DNA of 64,000 bases, from IMG/VR virus record IMGVR_UViG_3300036800_000502; one strand, written 5' to 3'. Made by a program: the position numbers and the translations under genes. Of the stretch, positions 59,758-64,000 are shown one piece after another. Numbering within the stretch: position 1 is the stretch's first letter; each line of letters opens with the position of its first letter. This DNA comes from an uncultured virus (IMG/VR IMGVR_UViG_3300036800_000502). Taxonomy: Duplodnaviria > Heunggongvirae > Uroviricota > Caudoviricetes. Under the pieces are notes generated by a model that had not been told where the DNA came from, searched no databases, and was given only the letters and a program-made list of their open reading frames with translations.

Positions 59758-61977
59758 GTGCATTTCAAGAACCCCCGGCTCGACCAGCTCCTCGACGCCG
59801 CCATCCAGCTCATCACCGGGGACAGCTCCGCCCAGGCCCGAGGCGGCCAGCGCCAGCTCTCCCATGATGTGGGCGGCACCATGCTCAGGAGCTCACGGCT
59901 GGCCGGCGAGGCACCCACCGGGTCGGGAAAGGGGGTCGCCTATCTGGCCCCCGCCATGCTCAATGCCGTCACCCACGCCCAGCGGACCCTGATCTCCACC
60001 GAGTCGCTGGCCCTCCAATCCCAACTCGTCGACAAGGACGCCCCCGTGGTGGCCGAGGCGGTGGCGGCTGTTACCGGGGCACCGGCCCCGACCGTGGCGG
60101 TGCTGAAAGGCTGGGGCAACTACGTGTGCTCGCTGGCAACAGTGGCCACCGCCGGCGAGCTGACCAGCCGGGCCTCCAAGTCGATAGCTGTCCTGTCGAA
60201 GGAAGTGGCCGAGACCATCCCCGACGCCGGACCGACCGATGTGGCCGATTCACCCACCGACCAGCTCGCCCGGGTGGTCCAGTGGTCACTCGCCCAGGTC
60301 ACCGAAGCCAACTCCGGCGACCGGGCCACCTATGACGGGGTGATGTCCCACGAGGACTGGCAGGCAGTGTCCACCACCCCGGCCGAGTGCCCAGGAGTGA
60401 CGGCCTGCCCGTTCGGGGAAACCTGCCTCCCGGCCGCCGCCAAGGCCGCCGCCGCCGAAGCCGACATCGTGGTCACCAACCACTCGATGCTGGCCGTCCA
60501 GGCCGCCATCGGAGTCCCGGTGGTGATCGGTAACCCGACATTGGGCGGCTTCCACCACCTTGTGGTCGACGAGGCGCACGCCCTGGCCAGTTCGGTCCGC
60601 CAGCAAGGGGCGGTGTCGATCAACGCCTTCCGGATCAACGATGCCCTGCGGGTAGTCGAGCGCCTACAAACCCGACCGGCCACCACCCGGAAGCTGCGGG
60701 AAGACGCCATGAACATCGCCACCAATCTCGACCAGATCTTCACCGGCGTCCTTCAGGCCAGTTCCCACAAGGAGAAGGAGGTGAAGGTCGAACCGGGTAG
60801 TGGGGTGTTCGACGGCTTCGAGGTGGTCATCGCCAAGTGGGTCAACGACGCCCGGCGGCTGGTGCCGAAGCCGGCCGACACCAAAGTCCTCAAGGAGATG
60901 GTGGCCCGCTACCGGGCCCTCGGCCGGCTCAGTGGGTTGAGCTCCGATGTCTCCGAGGCGGCCGGCGACAACGACAGCGTGGCCCGCTGGGTCGAATCGG
61001 GCACCGCGAAGCCTCTCGGCACCAAGAGCTCCTCGGGCTGGACCGGCGCCACCCTGAAGCTCGCCCCCATCGACGTGGGCGGGATGCTCCGGGCCAACCT
61101 CTACACCCGGCAAGAGGCCGCCGCCACCGGTATCCCCGCCCCGGAGGATGCCGAGGGGATCATCACCATGTCGGTGTCTATGGTGTCGGCCACCCTCCCC
61201 AACGGGTTCACCGTCGATCTTGGCCTCGACTGCGCCAAGACTGAATACCCCAGCCCGTTCGACGCCGCCTACGACGCCAGCCTGCTGTTCGTCCCGAGGG
61301 GGAGCGTGGCCGACCTGGCCGCCCCCGGGGGCGGGAAGCCCCGCTTCGACACCGGGAGGCACCCGGCCTGGGCCGCACCCCAGATCTGCGACCTGGTGGG
61401 GGCCAACGATGGCTCCGCTCTGGTGCTGTCGGCCACTACCGCCGCCGGTCATCTCTACGCCGAGAAGATCCGGGCCGCCCACCCCCACCTCACCGTCCAT
61501 TCGCAGTGGGACGGCCCCCCGATCCGCCGGCTGATCGCCGAGTGGCGAGAAGACCACGGCTCGGTCCTGGTCGGGACCAAGACGCTTATGACCGGCGTCG
61601 ATGCAGTAGGGGGGACCTGTTCTCTGGTCATCGTGGATCGGGTCCCGCGGGCCCGGGGAAACCCGGTCGACGACGCCCGGGTGGAGCAGATCACCAAGCG
61701 GTCGGAGATCGAACGGTGGTCAGCCGACCGGATGGTCTATGGGGCCGACGCCGCCCTCCTGCTCGAGCAGGCCGCCGGCCGACTGATCCGCAGCCCCTCC
61801 GATTCCGGGATGGTCGCCGTTTTGGATCCGAGGCTGCTGAAGGTCGGCGAGTTCTGCCAGCCGGCCCAGACCCGGAAGCTCTACCTCTCGGCTCTCGGCC
61901 GGTTCACCCACCGGACCTCGAGCTCGGAGAAGGCTCTGGGATTCCTGGTCGCCCAGAAGCGGAGCCAGGCCGCCTGA
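59758..61977 (+). CDS. DinG-family ATP-dependent helicase
   Basis: EAPTGSGKG, LQSQLVDKD, LKGWGNYVC, Fe-S-type Cys, VTNH, VDEAH, SATL, QAAGRLIR. Confidence 0.92.
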   Translation: MHFKNPRLDQLLDAAIQLITGDSSAQARGGQRQLSHDVGGTMLRSSRLAGEAPTGSGKGVAYLAPAMLNAVTHAQRTLISTESLALQSQLVDKDAPVVAEAVAAVTGAPAPTVAVLKGWGNYVCSLATVATAGELTSRASKSIAVLSKEVAETIPDAGPTDVADSPTDQLARVVQWSLAQVTEANSGDRATYDGVMSHEDWQAVSTTPAECPGVTACPFGETCLPAAAKAAAAEADIVVTNHSMLAVQAAIGVPVVIGNPTLGGFHHLVVDEAHALASSVRQQGAVSINAFRINDALRVVERLQTRPATTRKLREDAMNIATNLDQIFTGVLQASSHKEKEVKVEPGSGVFDGFEVVIAKWVNDARRLVPKPADTKVLKEMVARYRALGRLSGLSSDVSEAAGDNDSVARWVESGTAKPLGTKSSSGWTGATLKLAPIDVGGMLRANLYTRQEAAATGIPAPEDAEGIITMSVSMVSATLPNGFTVDLGLDCAKTEYPSPFDAAYDASLLFVPRGSVADLAAPGGGKPRFDTGRHPAWAAPQICDLVGANDGSALVLSATTAAGHLYAEKIRAAHPHLTVHSQWDGPPIRRLIAEWREDHGSVLVGTKTLMTGVDAVGGTCSLVIVDRVPRARGNPVDDARVEQITKRSEIERWSADRMVYGADAALLLEQAAGRLIRSPSDSGMVAVLDPRLLKVGEFCQPAQTRKLYLSALGRFTHRTSSSEKALGFLVAQKRSQAA

Positions 61978-62091
61978 TTTCCCCCGGGACCAGGCCAGTT
62001 CCCCGTATTAGTTGGGTTGCCGGCCAATTGTGCCGACACAGAAGGTGTGGCCGTTATCGGACGAAGCACCACCGGGTTTGCACACAGAGGC

Positions 62092-62116
62092 TTACGCGTA
62101 ACCTTACGCGTAAGGT
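62092..62116. promoter_or_regulatory. Tandem palindromic site TTACGCGTAA x2
   Basis: Copies at 62092-62101 and 62104-62113; the second lies within the 16-bp perfect palindrome ACCTTACGCGTAAGGT. Confidence 0.6.
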
Positions 62117-62178
62117 GCGTTAGACCTGGTCAGAGCCCTGTCCGCCCCCGGGTGTGGATGTCGCCGCACAGAGAAGAC

Positions 62179-64000
62179 GTGGGACAAACCGCTGGGGTCA
62201 GTCGATTGGGGTACCGGGCCGTGCTCACCGGCGCCGGCGTCGATCCGGTGATCGAGCTGGTCTTTCCCTACGACGCCACCCACGCCCACACCGGCCAGTG
62301 CCTTCGCGAGTGGGTCAAGGGCCTCGATGACCGACGGTGGGACGCCGCCAACAAAGTCTGGCTGCTCCTCGATCCCGCCTCTCTGCCCAAGGGGGTCCTG
62401 AAGGAAGCCGGGTTCTCGGTGGTGGGGGAGGACGGTCAGCCGATCAAACGAGGCGACGTCATCGTTCCCCGACGAGTCAGGCCGAAGCTGGACGAGGCCG
62501 ACCTCGCCATCCCCGAGTGGTTCGGGCTCGAGCTCTACGACTACCAGCACACCGGGGCGATCATGGTGGCGGCCGGGCGGAGCGCCCTCTGTGATGTCCC
62601 CGGGCTCGGGAAGACCCGCCAGGGCCTTGCCGCCGCTGCGGCCCTCGGGGCCAGGCGCACCTTGATCCTCTGCCCACCGGTGGTCGTCACCCACTGGGAG
62701 CGGGAGGTCACCCAATCAGGTCTGGGGGTGGAAAGGGCGGCTCTCGCCGCTACCGCCCCCGCCGGCGGTAGCGAGAAAGAGGAGCCGGCGGCGCTTCCGA
62801 ACCTCGCACCACCGGAGCCCACAGGGGTCGCCGGCTCCACATCCATTCTATCGGACGCCATAGTCCCGAACGTGAGCACCTTCCGTTCGGGACGCAAAGC
62901 TCCAGCACTACCGGACGCTGGCGTAGTGGTGGTGCCAGACACCCTGGTCGCCGCCCGCCCGTCGCTGGCCAGCCAACTGGTGGCCTGGTGCCCAGACGTG
63001 ATGATCTACGACGAGGCTCATCGGGCCAAGACTTGGGACTCGAGGCGGTCGCGGGTGGCCCGGCGGTTGGCAGCGGTCTCCACCCATGTGATCTGCGCCT
63101 CGGGGACCCCACTGTTTGCCAACCCCACCGAGCTCGCCCCGCTGCTGGCCATGACCGGCCACCTCGATGAGGTTTTCGGTGGGAAGGCCGAGTTCTGCGA
63201 ACGGTACGCCAAGCAGAACAAATACAAGGCGTGGAAGCCCCGGCGCGATCGCCTCCCCGAGCTGCGGCGGAAGCTGGACGCATCGGTGTGGGTCCAGCGA
63301 AACAAGGACCAGGTGGCGACCGACCTGCCAGCGAAGTCTCGCCGGGCGGACTGGGTGGATGTCGACACCTCCGATTACAACGCCGCCTACCAAGAGGTCG
63401 TCGCCCAGGTCGACCAGTGGTTGGACAGCTACGCCGGACGGCCGGACGACGAAGCCATCGAGGAGTGGTGCGGTGGCCAGTTGGGCCTGATCTCCGTGCT
63501 GCGGCGGGCCGCCGGCCTGGCCAAGGTGGAGTACGCCACCGAAATGGTCGCCGAATGGGTGGCGGCCAACACCGAGATCGACTCCAACGGCCGGGCCGTT
63601 TGTACCCGGCCACTGGTCGTCTGGACCCACCATCGGGTGGTCACCGAAGCGATGGCGGCGTCAGTCCCCCTGGCGGTCGGGGGAGCGGGAGTCATTGCCG
63701 GGGGCACGTCACACAACGAGCGGGCCCGGCTGGTCGACGACTTCCAGGCCGGTCTGATCCCGGTGCTGGTCTGCTCTATCGCCGCCGCCGGAGTCGGGAT
63801 CACCCTGACCAGAGCGTCGGACATGGTGTTTGTGGAGACCGACTGGACACCCGCCCTCATAACTCAGGCAGAGGACAGATGCCACCGAATCGGCCAGGAG
63901 AACCATGTGACCGCCACCACGTTGATTGCACCGGGAACTCTGGATGAGCACATCCAGTCCGTGCTCCGGAAAAAGGCCATCACCCTCGATGCGGTGATGA
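62179..64000 (+). CDS. SNF2-family helicase (partial, runs off right edge)
   Basis: Manual translation: LYDYQ, DVPGLGKT, YDEAH, SGTP, GVGITLT, QAEDRCHRIGQ; GTG 7 nt after motif B. Confidence 0.9.
   Translation, partial: MGQTAGVSRLGYRAVLTGAGVDPVIELVFPYDATHAHTGQCLREWVKGLDDRRWDAANKVWLLLDPASLPKGVLKEAGFSVVGEDGQPIKRGDVIVPRRVRPKLDEADLAIPEWFGLELYDYQHTGAIMVAAGRSALCDVPGLGKTRQGLAAAAALGARRTLILCPPVVVTHWEREVTQSGLGVERAALAATAPAGGSEKEEPAALPNLAPPEPTGVAGSTSILSDAIVPNVSTFRSGRKAPALPDAGVVVVPDTLVAARPSLASQLVAWCPDVMIYDEAHRAKTWDSRRSRVARRLAAVSTHVICASGTPLFANPTELAPLLAMTGHLDEVFGGKAEFCERYAKQNKYKAWKPRRDRLPELRRKLDASVWVQRNKDQVATDLPAKSRRADWVDVDTSDYNAAYQEVVAQVDQWLDSYAGRPDDEAIEEWCGGQLGLISVLRRAAGLAKVEYATEMVAEWVAANTEIDSNGRAVCTRPLVVWTHHRVVTEAMAASVPLAVGGAGVIAGGTSHNERARLVDDFQAGLIPVLVCSIAAAGVGITLTRASDMVFVETDWTPALITQAEDRCHRIGQENHVTATTLIAPGTLDEHIQSVLRKKAITLDAVM

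Larger units (their letters stand above)
2826..62171. promoter_or_regulatory. Dispersed motif B: GCCGCAYRG-N7-9-start codon
   Basis: Minus strand 2834, 4050, 6241, 9899, 11544, 18399, 21535, 25242, 26191; plus strand 26576, 32139, 59742, 62163 (three copies with 1-2 mismatches at the 5' end). Confidence 0.8.
1..64000. mobile_element. Part of a large actinobacterial extrachromosomal or integrative element (giant plasmid / ICE / phage-plasmid)
   Basis: No housekeeping operons; own primase-helicase, ParA/ParB-like, SSB, RNR, WhiB, coupling protein and relaxase; phage-like small-ORF arrays. Confidence 0.8.

Noticed and set aside
1..64000. tRNA genes or virion structural genes
   Set aside because: No cloverleaf/T-loop pattern in the intergenic gaps inspected and no recognisable capsid, portal, terminase or tail motifs; divergent ones cannot be excluded by eye.

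Overview
GC-rich 64 kb segment of a large actinobacterial mobile element (giant plasmid, ICE or phage-plasmid; secreted-protein repeats suggest an Acidimicrobiia-like host). No capsid, terminase, tail, rRNA, tRNA or CRISPR array was recognised. The left arm (mostly minus strand, 1-26.2 kb) carries secreted proteins, two FtsK-like ATPases, a NERD nuclease, a replication-relaxation-type relaxase, a TraD/VirD4-like coupling ATPase, a ParA/MinD-like ATPase, an mIHF-like protein and a sigma-like regulator. An AT-rich, iteron-flanked candidate origin (~26.2-26.55 kb) separates it from the plus-strand right arm. That arm encodes a primase-helicase, ParB, a RecB/Cas4-like nuclease, SSB, WhiB, about 30 small phage-like ORFs, a CCA-adding enzyme, class II RNR, a TOPRIM protein, a C5 methyltransferase, DinG and SNF2 helicases. 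Three patterns stand out. (1) Ten unrelated proteins share one N-terminal ~25-aa tag (NR[V/Q]xxG[V/I/T]PxGGQFAxxxxPE[A/S]), and an eleventh start-less relic exists. (2) GCCGCCCTC sits exactly 9 nt before the start codon of 15 mostly accessory genes, including 8 of the 10 tagged ones. (3) A sister motif, GCCGCAYRG, sits 7-9 nt before the starts of 13 mostly core replication/transfer genes. Together these suggest a two-regulon, leaderless-promoter programme coupled to a peptide-tag cargo packaging or delivery system. All family assignments were made by eye from motifs; no database searches were run.
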